Below, one piece after another: positions 8,010 to 17,690 of a DNA stretch of 64,000 bases. The stretch covers positions 34,393 through 98,392 of the forward strand of contig JBKHII010000004.1 in the NCBI GenBank assembly GCA_046538735.1. The letters are read 5' to 3'. The position numbers and the translations under genes are program-made. The stretch comes from Spirochaetales bacterium (GTDB lineage: Bacteria > Spirochaetota > Spirochaetia > DSM-27196 > SLST01). Below the pieces are notes generated by a model, which worked only from the letters and a program-made list of their open reading frames with translations, was not told the origin of the DNA and did no database searches. Each line of letters begins with the position of its first letter. Position 1 is the first letter of the stretch.

Positions 8010-10979
8010 ATGGCAAAGCAGAAGGCTGAAGCGACGGGCCATCTCGAGATAGCGCTCGACGACCGGGCTCTCGAGGCGACGGCGAAATTCGTTCCCGGTG
8101 AGGGTGAAACGTGGGACCCTGATCGCCTGATTGAGAAGATGCGTGGCGTGGGGATCGTGGAGGGGTTCAAGCCCGACGATCTGCGCCGCACCTTCGCGCT
8201 GGTACTGCAGAGGGGCAAGGCAGAGCCCTTCGTCGTCGCGCGCGGCGTGAAGCCGGTGGACCCGAAGCCGGAGCGGGCACGCTTCCTGGACATCGGTATC
8301 CCCTCCGATCTCCGCGACCAGGCGAATCTCGTACTCTCACAGGCGGCCCCTCCCGAGATCTCGATTGAGAAGAAAGAGCGGATCAAGAAGCAGAAGACCG
8401 TGACCAGGAAACCGAAGCTTCCCTTCCTCCCGGCGAAGGAAGAGACGGTCTCCTACACGGAGGAGCGGGTCCATCGGGAGCGCGTCTACGTAGACCCAAC
8501 GGTGGAGAAGACCGGCTACGCGACCGAGGGTCAGAAGGTCGGAATGGTGGAAGGAAAGGACGAGGGAGAGGCCGGCAGGAGCGTCACCGGTGAGCTCGTG
8601 CCTTCCCGGAAGCTCGCCGACCCGTACTTCTACTGCGGCACCGGTCTGGAGCGTCGCCGGGACGAGCTCTTCGCGACGTACGAGGGGTTCGTGCGCGTCG
8701 GCACCAACTGGGCGGACGTGGTTCCGTTCGAAACGCACGACTGGGAGGTGACGCTCTCGCAGGACAAGGGAACGTGCTATCTCAGCTTTGACCCCGGACA
8801 CGCGCACGCGCGCCCGCCCACGCCCGAAGAGATACGCGAGGCGGCGGAATCGCAGGGATACCCGAGCGACCGGCTGCTGGACGACCAGTCCCTTGCGGAT
8901 CTCGTGGCGCACGCAGTGGCGAGCCGGGAGCCGATCGAGAAGGAGCCGCTCACGTCCAGTCGGGATGCCGCCTTTGACATCCGTGTTGCGGACGACCGGC
9001 TCCGCGCGGTGCTCGATATCCACAAGGGAACCGGTCACGGAAAGAAGCTCAATCTGAGAGAGCTCGGCACGGCGATTAAGCAGAGCAGCCTCGTCAGGCT
9101 CGACTTCGACAAGATCAAGGCGGACATCGGCGCCTTCCTCCAGAGCACGGATACCGAGCTCATCGGCTACGTGCTCGCGGAGGGAACGACTCCGACTCCG
9201 GGCCCGGAGCGGACGCTCGACTTCAGCGTTCGTTTTCTGCCGGCCGACGAGGCTGCGGAAATGGTGAATCATCTGAAGGAACGACTGGAGCGAGCCGGCG
9301 TTGAGAGTGCCGGGGCGTTTCCGCCGGAGACGATCGAGGACGTGGGCAACGTAGAGCGGGACCAGCGGATCCTCACGGTCTCCCCTCCCGTTCCGGGACA
9401 GCCGGGAGTGGACGTATACGGCCGGCAGACCGCGGGACAGAGCGCTGCAGAGCCTCCAATGGAGCTCTACGAACACCTCGAGCAGAAGGGAAACGTCGTG
9501 ATCTCGACGGTCGCCGGCATGCTGCATCGCGGATGGCGCGAAGGAACGGTTTTGCTGCGGGTCCTTCCGCACGCGGACGGACGCGTGCGCGTACGGATCA
9601 CGGAGAACCGAATGGCGGCGATGATCACGATGGTGCCGCCGGTCGGGACGGGTCGGCCGCTCGACTTCGATCAGGTGCGCGAAGCGATCAAGGAGGCCGG
9701 CGTCTCGAGCGGCGTTCGCGAGGAGATGCTCATCCGCGCGTGGGAGCAGACCGCCGAGGGTCGCGAGATTCGAGACCTCATCTTCGCGCGGGGCAAGCAC
9801 GTGGAAACCGGTGGCGAGGGTGAGCTCGAGATGCTCGTGGATCTCGCTTCCGGGAAGAGCATGACGATCCTCGCGGACGGCAGGGCGGACTTTCGGAACC
9901 AGGATCGAATAACCACGGTCTCGCAGGGGACCGAGGTCGCGCGAATCCGTCCGCCCGCGGACAAGGACCGCGAAGGTTGGGACGTGCTCGGCGCGAAGCT
10001 GAGCCCGGACACGGCGGAGGCGGTCGAGGTTGAGGCGGGTCAGAACGTCGCGATCCGCGAGGAGCCGGGAGGCTCACGCCTGCTCGTCGCCGAGATAGAC
10101 GGCGAGCTCGTCTTCGAACAGAACCGCTTCGAGGTCCGCGCGGCACACGCGGTCAACGGCGACGTGGACCTTCACACGGGCAACGTCAGGTTTCCGGGAA
10201 ACGTCACGGTAAAGGGCTCGGTCCGCACCGGCTTCTACGTGATGGCGCAGGGCGGCATCCAGGTGGGAGAGCTCGTTGAGGCTGCCTTGCTGAGCGCGGA
10301 CGGCGACATCCTCGTGAATCAGGGCGTGAAGGGCGGAGGCAAAGCCGTGCTTCGCACGAAAGGAACCGTCGGCGTGACCTTCGCCGAACAGGCAACGATC
10401 CTCGCGGTGGGAAACGTGCAGGCAAAGAACTCGCTCGTCCACTGCCAGGTGAAGTCGAACGGCAAGGTCCGGATGGTGGGAGACAAGGGAAGCGTCGTGG
10501 GTGGGCGGATCCGGGCGCGGGAGGGCCTGGAGACGTACAACCTGGGCTCCGAACGAGGCGCCAAGACGATGGTCGAGTTCGGCCAGAACTACCTCATCGC
10601 GGACAAGATCGAGAGCGAAGAGCGCGAGATGGAGAAGCTCAAACGTGAGATCACCCGCATCGACATGGAGATGAAGGACATCGAGCGGTCGGGAACTCGC
10701 GCGGCCCTGGACAAGCTTCACGCCCGGAAGCTGCAGCTTCTCAAGCTGCTCGAGCGCCGGGGTCTCCAGGTCTTCACGTACCGGGAGCGCTTCGAGGAGC
10801 ACCACGACTCGCAGATCGTGGTCAAAGGAACGATCTACCCCGGCGTCACGATCGAGACGCACGGTCGTGTCTGGGAGATCACCGAGCCGAAGAAGAACGT
10901 CGTCATCACGTTCAGCCCGGAGACCGGGCGAATCGAGGAACGGAGCGCGTCCAAGCAGGCTGTCGCGGAAGGATCATGA
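8010..10979 (+). CDS. FapA/DUF342 family protein (flagellar assembly protein A-like), long form
   Basis: GRADFRNQDRI, VNGDVDLHTGNVRFPGNVTVKGSV beta-solenoid, GTIYPGVTI C-terminus; repeated N-terminal modules. Confidence 0.88.
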   Translation: MAKQKAEATGHLEIALDDRALEATAKFVPGEGETWDPDRLIEKMRGVGIVEGFKPDDLRRTFALVLQRGKAEPFVVARGVKPVDPKPERARFLDIGIPSDLRDQANLVLSQAAPPEISIEKKERIKKQKTVTRKPKLPFLPAKEETVSYTEERVHRERVYVDPTVEKTGYATEGQKVGMVEGKDEGEAGRSVTGELVPSRKLADPYFYCGTGLERRRDELFATYEGFVRVGTNWADVVPFETHDWEVTLSQDKGTCYLSFDPGHAHARPPTPEEIREAAESQGYPSDRLLDDQSLADLVAHAVASREPIEKEPLTSSRDAAFDIRVADDRLRAVLDIHKGTGHGKKLNLRELGTAIKQSSLVRLDFDKIKADIGAFLQSTDTELIGYVLAEGTTPTPGPERTLDFSVRFLPADEAAEMVNHLKERLERAGVESAGAFPPETIEDVGNVERDQRILTVSPPVPGQPGVDVYGRQTAGQSAAEPPMELYEHLEQKGNVVISTVAGMLHRGWREGTVLLRVLPHADGRVRVRITENRMAAMITMVPPVGTGRPLDFDQVREAIKEAGVSSGVREEMLIRAWEQTAEGREIRDLIFARGKHVETGGEGELEMLVDLASGKSMTILADGRADFRNQDRITTVSQGTEVARIRPPADKDREGWDVLGAKLSPDTAEAVEVEAGQNVAIREEPGGSRLLVAEIDGELVFEQNRFEVRAAHAVNGDVDLHTGNVRFPGNVTVKGSVRTGFYVMAQGGIQVGELVEAALLSADGDILVNQGVKGGGKAVLRTKGTVGVTFAEQATILAVGNVQAKNSLVHCQVKSNGKVRMVGDKGSVVGGRIRAREGLETYNLGSERGAKTMVEFGQNYLIADKIESEEREMEKLKREITRIDMEMKDIERSGTRAALDKLHARKLQLLKLLERRGLQVFTYRERFEEHHDSQIVVKGTIYPGVTIETHGRVWEITEPKKNVVITFSPETGRIEERSASKQAVAEGS

Positions 10980-11953
10980 GTCTCGGTTTCCTGGAGTATC
11001 CATCGTGGCTCTCCCCGCAGATCGCCGAAGGCCTTCCGATCCGGTGGTACGGGGTCATGTACCTGCTCGCGTTCGCGACGACCTTTCTGCTGTTTCGGCT
11101 GGAGGCGCGTCGATCCGGTCTCACGCACGATCGGGACGAAATCGCGACCTTCTTCTACTGGGTCATTCTCGGCGCGCTGCTTGGAGGTCGTCTCTTCTAC
11201 GTCTTCGCGTTCGGCGACACGATGCACTTTCTGCGCCGGCCGTGGCTCATCGTGTGGCCGTTCCAGGATGGCCGGTTCACGGGCATACAAGGCATGAGCT
11301 ACCACGGAGGTTTCCTGGGTGCGGTGCTTGGTGTCGTGCTCTTCTCAATCGTGAAACGCGTGAACGTCCTCGATTGGGGAGACACGCTCGCGGTCGCAAC
11401 GCCGTTGGGCTACACGTTCGGCCGCGTGGGGAACTTCATCAACGGCGAGCTCGCCGGTCGCGTCACGACGGTCTCGTGGGGAATCGTCTTCCCGCGCTCG
11501 CCTCGCTACTCGATCGAGCACGGGTGGGTGCCGGACATCGTTGACGCGACCGGCCTGACGATCCCCGACGGCACGGTGATGGTCAACCTGCCACGGCATC
11601 CCTCGCAGCTCTACGAGGCGCTGCTCGAGGGAGTCGTACTCTGGCTCATCCTCTGGTTCGTCTTCCGGCCGAAGCGGCCCTTTCCCGGAGCGATGATCGC
11701 GCTCTACGTCGCCGGCTACGGCCTGGCCCGGTTCCTCGCCGAGTACTTCCGGGCGACTGACGAGAGCGTGGGGTTCGTTGTTTCGGGCGGCCGGCAGCTC
11801 GCGTTGCCGCAGTTCACGACCTCTGTCGTGCACCTGACGGCCGGCCAGCTCATCTCACTCGGGATGCTGACCTTCGGGCTGGTACTCTTTCTCGTCTTCC
11901 GGCTCATGGCTCCGCCCGACCCGGTCGTTGAGACCTTCGATCACACCGAGTAG
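10976..11953 (+). CDS. lgt: Prolipoprotein diacylglyceryl transferase
   Basis: IRWYGVMY, GMSYHGG, GRVGNFINGEL, RHPSQLYE motifs. Confidence 0.97.
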   Translation: MSLGFLEYPSWLSPQIAEGLPIRWYGVMYLLAFATTFLLFRLEARRSGLTHDRDEIATFFYWVILGALLGGRLFYVFAFGDTMHFLRRPWLIVWPFQDGRFTGIQGMSYHGGFLGAVLGVVLFSIVKRVNVLDWGDTLAVATPLGYTFGRVGNFINGELAGRVTTVSWGIVFPRSPRYSIEHGWVPDIVDATGLTIPDGTVMVNLPRHPSQLYEALLEGVVLWLILWFVFRPKRPFPGAMIALYVAGYGLARFLAEYFRATDESVGFVVSGGRQLALPQFTTSVVHLTAGQLISLGMLTFGLVLFLVFRLMAPPDPVVETFDHTE

Positions 11954-13338
11954 CGCTGCTTGCCCTTCGCAAGGCGCTGGCGGGAGGCTCGGATCTCGTC
12001 CCCGTAGACTCCCAGCAGTCCCTGCAGTTTCTCGCGCAAGACGTTCAAGCCGAACTCGTTCCTGGCGATGCGGAAGTTCGTCTCCGTGATCTCCTCCCGC
12101 TCCTTCGGGTGTGTGAGAACGTAGTGGATCGAATCGAGCGCATCGTCCGGGATCACGAGGAGTCCGTCCTCGCCGTAGCGATCGCGAATCTCGATGTTCC
12201 GGAGACCGGTGATCATGACGTCGGTCTTGTACACGAGGTAGGTCGTCGTGACCACGGGAACGCGCGCGGCGATCGCCTCAAGGAGCGCGTTTCCGAATCC
12301 CTCCCAGATGGGCAGGTAGGTCACGAGGTCGGCGTTCGCCAATACATCGCGGTTCGTAAAGATTCGGCGCCCTTGATCGTCCGTGTCGCGCCTGGACGCG
12401 ACGCGGTCCGAGATCAGGTGGAAGTGAAGGCCGACGGCTTCAGCCAGCGCGCGGATCTGCTCTATGTAGTTCTCGTTCGGCTCGTCGCCTTGGTAAAGCG
12501 AGATGATGTAGTGGAGACGATCCCGAAACTCGGGGTAGCGCTCCACGAACCGAACCAGCAAACGTACCGAGTCCTCGATGCGCTTGCGCGGGACGATACG
12601 GGTGGGCTGGACGACGAGGATGTCGTTCTCCTTGAAGCCGAGCTCCGAGCGGAACGTCGCGTTGTAATCGTCGCGCACCACCGGATGATCGTAGTCCTCG
12701 CAATTCGGGATGATGAACGGCGAGACGCGCTTGAGCGAGCGCAGGATGTGCGCAGCGTACGAGCTGATCACGACGTGCTCGAGCGCAAGATCCACGGGCG
12801 GCATGATCCGGTCGAGCAGTCCCCGGATACGCGTGTCGCTGAACCGGCTCCGCTCCCACCAGAAGTCATGATGGTGAAAGATCGTCGCAACGCGGCGTTC
12901 GGTGGCGACCTTGTGGACTGCGAGTCCGCCGAGAAGCGTCATGGGCATCGCGTTCGTATTCTCGGCGACCAGCACGTCGATATCATGATCGCGCACGATG
13001 TCGTAGAGCGCGTTGGCGACGTCCGCCCCACGGGCCTGGAGCTGGTCCACGACCGCCTGACGCTGTTCGCCGTTGAGCTGCGGCGGGTGCTTGCTAAGGT
13101 GCGGAAACGCGAGCCGTTCGTATTCGCGCTGTTCGCTCGTGTCGAAGCGAATCTGTGGAAGCACGAACTGCCGCTCGAACCCGGGAATCGGAAGTGCGGC
13201 GCAGTACCTGCCGGCGATCGTGAATACGTCGTGGCCGAACGAATCGAGGATCTGGATCCATTTGTCCGCCTCGAGCGAGACGCCGTCTACGTCTCCGAGC
13301 TTGCCGCTGACGACTGCAATGCGAAACGAGGTGCTCAT
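11941..13338 (-). CDS. GT4 glycosyltransferase, mannosylglucosylglycerate synthase (MggS)-like
   Basis: DGVSLEADKW, HHHDFWWER, QPTRIVPRKRIE, WEGFGNALLEA resemble Thermotogales MggS as recalled. Confidence 0.75.
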   Translation of the reverse strand: MSTSFRIAVVSGKLGDVDGVSLEADKWIQILDSFGHDVFTIAGRYCAALPIPGFERQFVLPQIRFDTSEQREYERLAFPHLSKHPPQLNGEQRQAVVDQLQARGADVANALYDIVRDHDIDVLVAENTNAMPMTLLGGLAVHKVATERRVATIFHHHDFWWERSRFSDTRIRGLLDRIMPPVDLALEHVVISSYAAHILRSLKRVSPFIIPNCEDYDHPVVRDDYNATFRSELGFKENDILVVQPTRIVPRKRIEDSVRLLVRFVERYPEFRDRLHYIISLYQGDEPNENYIEQIRALAEAVGLHFHLISDRVASRRDTDDQGRRIFTNRDVLANADLVTYLPIWEGFGNALLEAIAARVPVVTTTYLVYKTDVMITGLRNIEIRDRYGEDGLLVIPDDALDSIHYVLTHPKEREEITETNFRIARNEFGLNVLREKLQGLLGVYGDEIRASRQRLAKGKQRYSV

Positions 13339-13422
13339 TGGGGTGAAGGTAGTGGAAATCACTCGTGGATGTCACGCTCTCTGGGGATTGTAGCGCTGCG
13401 GATCGTGGGCGATAATGGCGAC

Positions 13423-14463
13423 GTGGCTGGTTCGCTCTCCGTGCTCGTGGACAACAAAGAGCTCGTGCCGATTACTCGTCTCCGCGAGGGCGAGAGCGGT
13501 GTCCTGAACCTTACGACGATGCTCCCCGACCAGAACCAGGCGTATATCGAAATCTACTTCAAGAACGGCAGACGCCGGGGCCACATCCAGACGTTCCATG
13601 TGAACCGCTTGCGCCACGGCAAGGAACGGCCGCAGATCGTGGTGTCCGCCCACATCCGCGAGCAACGTGCCACGGTCACCCTCCGCATCGACGGCGAGCT
13701 CATCGCCACCGAAAGCTACCCGATTCCCGCGGAGATGCTCTCCGGACGACCGTGGCCGTGGCTCGCCGCGGCCGCGGCGATCGCGCTCGTTGCGGTCATC
13801 GGCTGGGGCGCGTGGTCGCTCGCCCGCGGCGAGTGGTCGATAGCCGGATCCGCGCCCGCCGATTCGCGAGCAGGAAACGCGGCGGATGCGAGTGGCGAGC
13901 CGGCAGCCGAGACGCGCGACGGGCCTGACACGGCGAGCGCGCCGGAGCAGGAGGCTGAGCCCGCGCGGGCAGTCGCGCCGGAGGGGGACACCGAACCAGA
14001 CACCGAAACGGACACCGAACCTGAGCCGAGCACGACGACCGAGAGCGAGGCTCGGGCGCAGGACGGCGACGAAGAACCGGCCGATGCGCCCCCGGCCACT
14101 CGGGCGGAGGCGATCGTCTACTTCGAACCCGAGAGCGCGGTGCTGCGCGCGGCAACGAAGGAAGAGCTCAACCTCGTGGCCGCCGGGATCGCCCAGTGGA
14201 TCGGCGCGGGCGGCGATCCGGAGACGGTGACGATCGTCGCAGAGGGTCACACGGCGCTCTACGATACGGAGGCTTCGCGGTTGGAGCTGTCACGCGAACG
14301 TGCGGCCGCGGTTGCGGACTATCTGAGCGATGCACTGAACGAACGCGGCATCGGACGCCCGGAGATCGAAACGTCCGGTCGTGGGGGCCAGGAGCCGGTC
14401 ACGCGCACCGAGTCGGAGCAATGGCGGAATCGGCGAGTGGAGCTCACGATCACGGGCGGGTGA
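13423..14463 (+). CDS. Bitopic protein: Hsp70 substrate-binding-like N-domain, TM helix, acidic linker, OmpA-like C-domain
   Basis: C-terminal EGHTA...LSRERAAAVADYL...GRGGQEP...NRRVEL (OmpA); TM WLAAAAAIALVAVIGWGAW; start GTG 13423 after TTGTAG-17-GATAAT (alternative ATG 13369). Confidence 0.8.
   Translation: MAGSLSVLVDNKELVPITRLREGESGVLNLTTMLPDQNQAYIEIYFKNGRRRGHIQTFHVNRLRHGKERPQIVVSAHIREQRATVTLRIDGELIATESYPIPAEMLSGRPWPWLAAAAAIALVAVIGWGAWSLARGEWSIAGSAPADSRAGNAADASGEPAAETRDGPDTASAPEQEAEPARAVAPEGDTEPDTETDTEPEPSTTTESEARAQDGDEEPADAPPATRAEAIVYFEPESAVLRAATKEELNLVAAGIAQWIGAGGDPETVTIVAEGHTALYDTEASRLELSRERAAAVADYLSDALNERGIGRPEIETSGRGGQEPVTRTESEQWRNRRVELTITGG
13987..14022 (+). repeat. 12-bp in-frame tandem repeat (DTEP/DTET/DTEP) in the OmpA-protein linker
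   Basis: gacaccgaacca gacaccgaaacg gacaccgaacct. Confidence 0.7.
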
Positions 14464-14503
14464 GCTCGCCGCCGCTCTACCGCGCTGCGAGTTGCTCGCG
14501 GAC

Positions 14504-15274
14504 CTACTCGACCCACTCCACGGACAGCGACGCGACGGGGCTGCGAACCCCCTGCCACACGGCGACCACGCGGTACTCGGCCGTTGTGGGCTCGGGAGAC
14601 CAGAGATAGGTGCCCTCGCACTTCTGCGTCTTCCAGTAGTTGTCTACGCTCGGTTCGCTGCCGTCCCGCGTGATGTAGAGGTCGGCGGCGGCGTAGTCGC
14701 ACGAGATGCGGAGTTGGGCGGCGGGGTCATCGTTGTTCGAGACAGGTATCGACACGCTTCCCGAGACCTCGCGTCCCGCGACGACGAAGGTGGGACGGGC
14801 AAGGTCCGGATCCTCCTGGTGCTCCCAGATCACGGTGAGCGTGAAGGGATCGCTGTACTGATCGTCCTGCGCCGCGATGACGCGGTAGGAGGCGACGCCC
14901 TCGAGCGGTCTGCTGATCGCCGGCGGATCCGCGGGATCGATCGGTCCTTCCCAGTTGTTGTCCGCCGAGGGGACGCTGCCGTCACGCGTGACGTAGAGCG
15001 TGACGTCGTCGCGGCTGCTCGTGGGAACGAGCCGTCCCGCCGGGGGGCCGCCCGTGGGGAGCGTCACGATCGTCTCGGACTCGAAGGTAGTACCGTCCGC
15101 CGCGACGAACTCGGCGATGCCCGGCTGCGCGAGCTCCGCGGGTGCTTCCTGAGCAGGCTGAGCCTCCGAAGTCTCCTCGGCTTCCGTCGCCTCGGGCGCA
15201 TCCTCCTGGGTCGCGCAGCCCGCGACGAGCGCGATCAGGGCGAGACCAGCGAACACTCTTGCTACCGCCTTCAT
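14504..15274 (-). CDS. Lipoprotein with two chitobiase C-terminal/Fn3-associated-like repeats
   Basis: Lipobox LVAG-C; repeated LYVTRDGSVPS..NNW / LYITRDGSEPS..NYW and YRVIA/YRVVA; GGAGG RBS. Confidence 0.75.
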   Translation of the reverse strand: MKAVARVFAGLALIALVAGCATQEDAPEATEAEETSEAQPAQEAPAELAQPGIAEFVAADGTTFESETIVTLPTGGPPAGRLVPTSSRDDVTLYVTRDGSVPSADNNWEGPIDPADPPAISRPLEGVASYRVIAAQDDQYSDPFTLTVIWEHQEDPDLARPTFVVAGREVSGSVSIPVSNNDDPAAQLRISCDYAAADLYITRDGSEPSVDNYWKTQKCEGTYLWSPEPTTAEYRVVAVWQGVRSPVASLSVEWVE

Positions 15275-15330
15275 GAGGACCTCCGCGTCCTATTCTACCA
15301 CCCCCGCTGTGGTCCGCACAGCGGGCGCGA

Positions 15331-17595
15331 TCATTCGTCGTTCCAGATCTGACGCCAGTCAACGCCCTTCTTCCGGCGTCGCGGCTTCTCCGGCCGTGCC
15401 CGGTCGGTCTGCGCCTTCCGGGCCCGAGGCTTCGCTGCTCGGGGCTCCGCTCTGCGCGCCGGTCGCTTGCGGCGCGTTCGCGCACGGCCGGTCGTACCCG
15501 AGATCGCAAGCGAAACGATCCAGAGCACGAGTAGTGCGCCGCCGGCCGCGAGCGGGAAGTAGTCGCCCCATCGGGTGTAGAGCGTCGTGCGCTGGTCGGG
15601 ATCAACGCGGACCTCCGAGATCATGAACGCGGGCTCGAAGTAGGGACCGGCGGCGAGCACGCGCCCGTACTCGTCCACGTGAGCGGTGACGCCGGACGCC
15701 GTGGAGCGTACGAGCGGACGTCGGTTTTCGACCGCCCTGAAGAGGCCGGCCGCGAAGTGCTGCTTCGCCTGCGCCTCGGTGAGCGACCAGTAGTCGTTCG
15801 AGATGTTGACGATGACCTCGGCCCCGCGCCGGACGAAGCCGCGAACGTAGTCCGGGAAGACGTCCTCGTAGCAGATCGGCGTTGAGAAGGTGAATTGCGG
15901 ATGCTCGAACACGGTCTGCTCGGTTCCCTTCTCCCAGAAGACCATCTCGAACTGCAGCAGGAGCGAGTAGATCCGGGGGAACTGCTCGCGGTACGGGAAG
16001 TACTCGGTAAACGGGACGAGCCGGATCTTGCGGTAGGTTTCGCGCCGGTTTCCCTCGTCATCGAAGAGCACGGCGGCGTTGAACCTCACGCGGTCGATCT
16101 CGTTGCCCTCGGCATCACGGACGAGCTCGTAGTCGTCGTTTCCCGTGAGGAGCCATGTTCCCAGTTGTTCCTGGTATGTGAGAAACCGACGCACCAACGC
16201 ATGGTACCGCCTGCTCGACTCGTCCTCCGACCACCGCCGGATGTTCGGCACGAAGGCGGTCTCCGACCAGACGACGATGTCCGGGTCGGCCGCCATCGCC
16301 TGGTTGGTGAGGCGAATGAGCGTGTTCAACGTGCCGTCGTAGTCGTTCCTGCGGGGATCGGTGTTCTGCTGGATCTGCGCCACGGTCACCGAGCGAGCGT
16401 CCGGATCCGGCCCCACGTTCGCCGCGAGGACGATGCCGCCCCCGAGCGCGACGGCGCCCACGAGTCCGATGACGCCGAGCAACCAGCCGAAGCTGCGCCG
16501 AACCGAAGCGGGGGTCGCGCCACGCCTCGGTTCCGAGCGCGACCATGTCCGTCGCTCGGAGTGTCTCCGGATCGCCGCCCCAACGAACTCGGCGATCGCC
16601 GAGTTGGCGAGCAGGACGAGAAAGCTCACGCCCCACACGCCGGTCAGCTCCGCGATCTGGATAATCGGCAGCACGGAGTACTGCGAGTGCGCTGCGAGCG
16701 CCCACGGGTAGCCGAGGAATCCAATCGATCTCAGGTATTCGAAGAGCGTGAACGCCAGCGGGAGGACGAAGACGCGACCGAACCGAACGCTCCGGTAGAG
16801 ATAGATCGCGATGGGCGTGAAGAGCGCGAAGTAGACGAGGAAGAAGAGAACGGTGACCTGAAGCGCGATGAGGCCGAACGTCCCGAGCCAGTAGCTCGAG
16901 AGCAGCGTGGTGAAGCCACCGAAGGCAACGCCGTAGAGAACTGCGGGACCGAACCGGGCGCTCCGCCATACGAGAAAGAGGGGCACGAAGGCGATCCAGC
17001 CGAGGAGCGGGAATCCGTCCAGGCTGAGAAACGACGGCATTGCGATCGAGACGAGGAACGCGGAGAGCAGAACGAAGAGCAGGCCCCATGGCCGGACCAC
17101 GAGATCGGGTTCCCGCCGCCGCTCGTCGTACGCGGCCCGAACGGCGCGGGGCCGGCCGATTCGCAACAGCAGGTAAGCAACAACGTTGAGCGCGACGAGG
17201 GGGAAGACGCGAACCCAGACCAGGAGACGTTCGGTACGCGTGTCCAACGCGAGCCTGACGTTGCCGCCGGACGCGATGAATCGCTGCACGTAGTCGAGGT
17301 TGGCGTTCATCGCGTAGATGAAGCTGAACAGAAAGAGGAGCAGCGACGCAACCGCGAGGAGCTCGGGGACGAGCAGGAGCCGGCGGAGATTGGGTGCTGT
17401 CGGATGCGGACGCCGGAACGCAGAGACGAGCAGGACGATTCCCCACACGTAGTGGAGCGCGAGGATGATGGAGAAAAGGAAATCGGAGGCGAGCGGGGCG
17501 GCGATTGCGACCGGGCTCCACGCCACGACATAGGTGACGAGGAGCGAGACGCCGAGGTAGACCGCCGCGAGCACGCGCCCGGGATATCGCAGCAT
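15331..17595 (-). CDS. lnt: Apolipoprotein N-acyltransferase with extra N-terminal TM region
   Basis: VVWSETAF (Glu), YRKIRLVPFTEY (Lys), PICYEDVF (Cys), NISNDYW, RAVENRRP. Confidence 0.95.
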   Translation of the reverse strand: MLRYPGRVLAAVYLGVSLLVTYVVAWSPVAIAAPLASDFLFSIILALHYVWGIVLLVSAFRRPHPTAPNLRRLLLVPELLAVASLLLFLFSFIYAMNANLDYVQRFIASGGNVRLALDTRTERLLVWVRVFPLVALNVVAYLLLRIGRPRAVRAAYDERRREPDLVVRPWGLLFVLLSAFLVSIAMPSFLSLDGFPLLGWIAFVPLFLVWRSARFGPAVLYGVAFGGFTTLLSSYWLGTFGLIALQVTVLFFLVYFALFTPIAIYLYRSVRFGRVFVLPLAFTLFEYLRSIGFLGYPWALAAHSQYSVLPIIQIAELTGVWGVSFLVLLANSAIAEFVGAAIRRHSERRTWSRSEPRRGATPASVRRSFGWLLGVIGLVGAVALGGGIVLAANVGPDPDARSVTVAQIQQNTDPRRNDYDGTLNTLIRLTNQAMAADPDIVVWSETAFVPNIRRWSEDESSRRYHALVRRFLTYQEQLGTWLLTGNDDYELVRDAEGNEIDRVRFNAAVLFDDEGNRRETYRKIRLVPFTEYFPYREQFPRIYSLLLQFEMVFWEKGTEQTVFEHPQFTFSTPICYEDVFPDYVRGFVRRGAEVIVNISNDYWSLTEAQAKQHFAAGLFRAVENRRPLVRSTASGVTAHVDEYGRVLAAGPYFEPAFMISEVRVDPDQRTTLYTRWGDYFPLAAGGALLVLWIVSLAISGTTGRARTRRKRPARRAEPRAAKPRARKAQTDRARPEKPRRRKKGVDWRQIWNDE

Positions 17596-17690
17596 TGCGC
17601 AGAAAATCTAACGGATTCGTTCGCGCCGCGCAAACACTTTGCTTCGGGGTGGCCCACGGGATAGGGGGTCGACTATACTGAAGCGGTACT

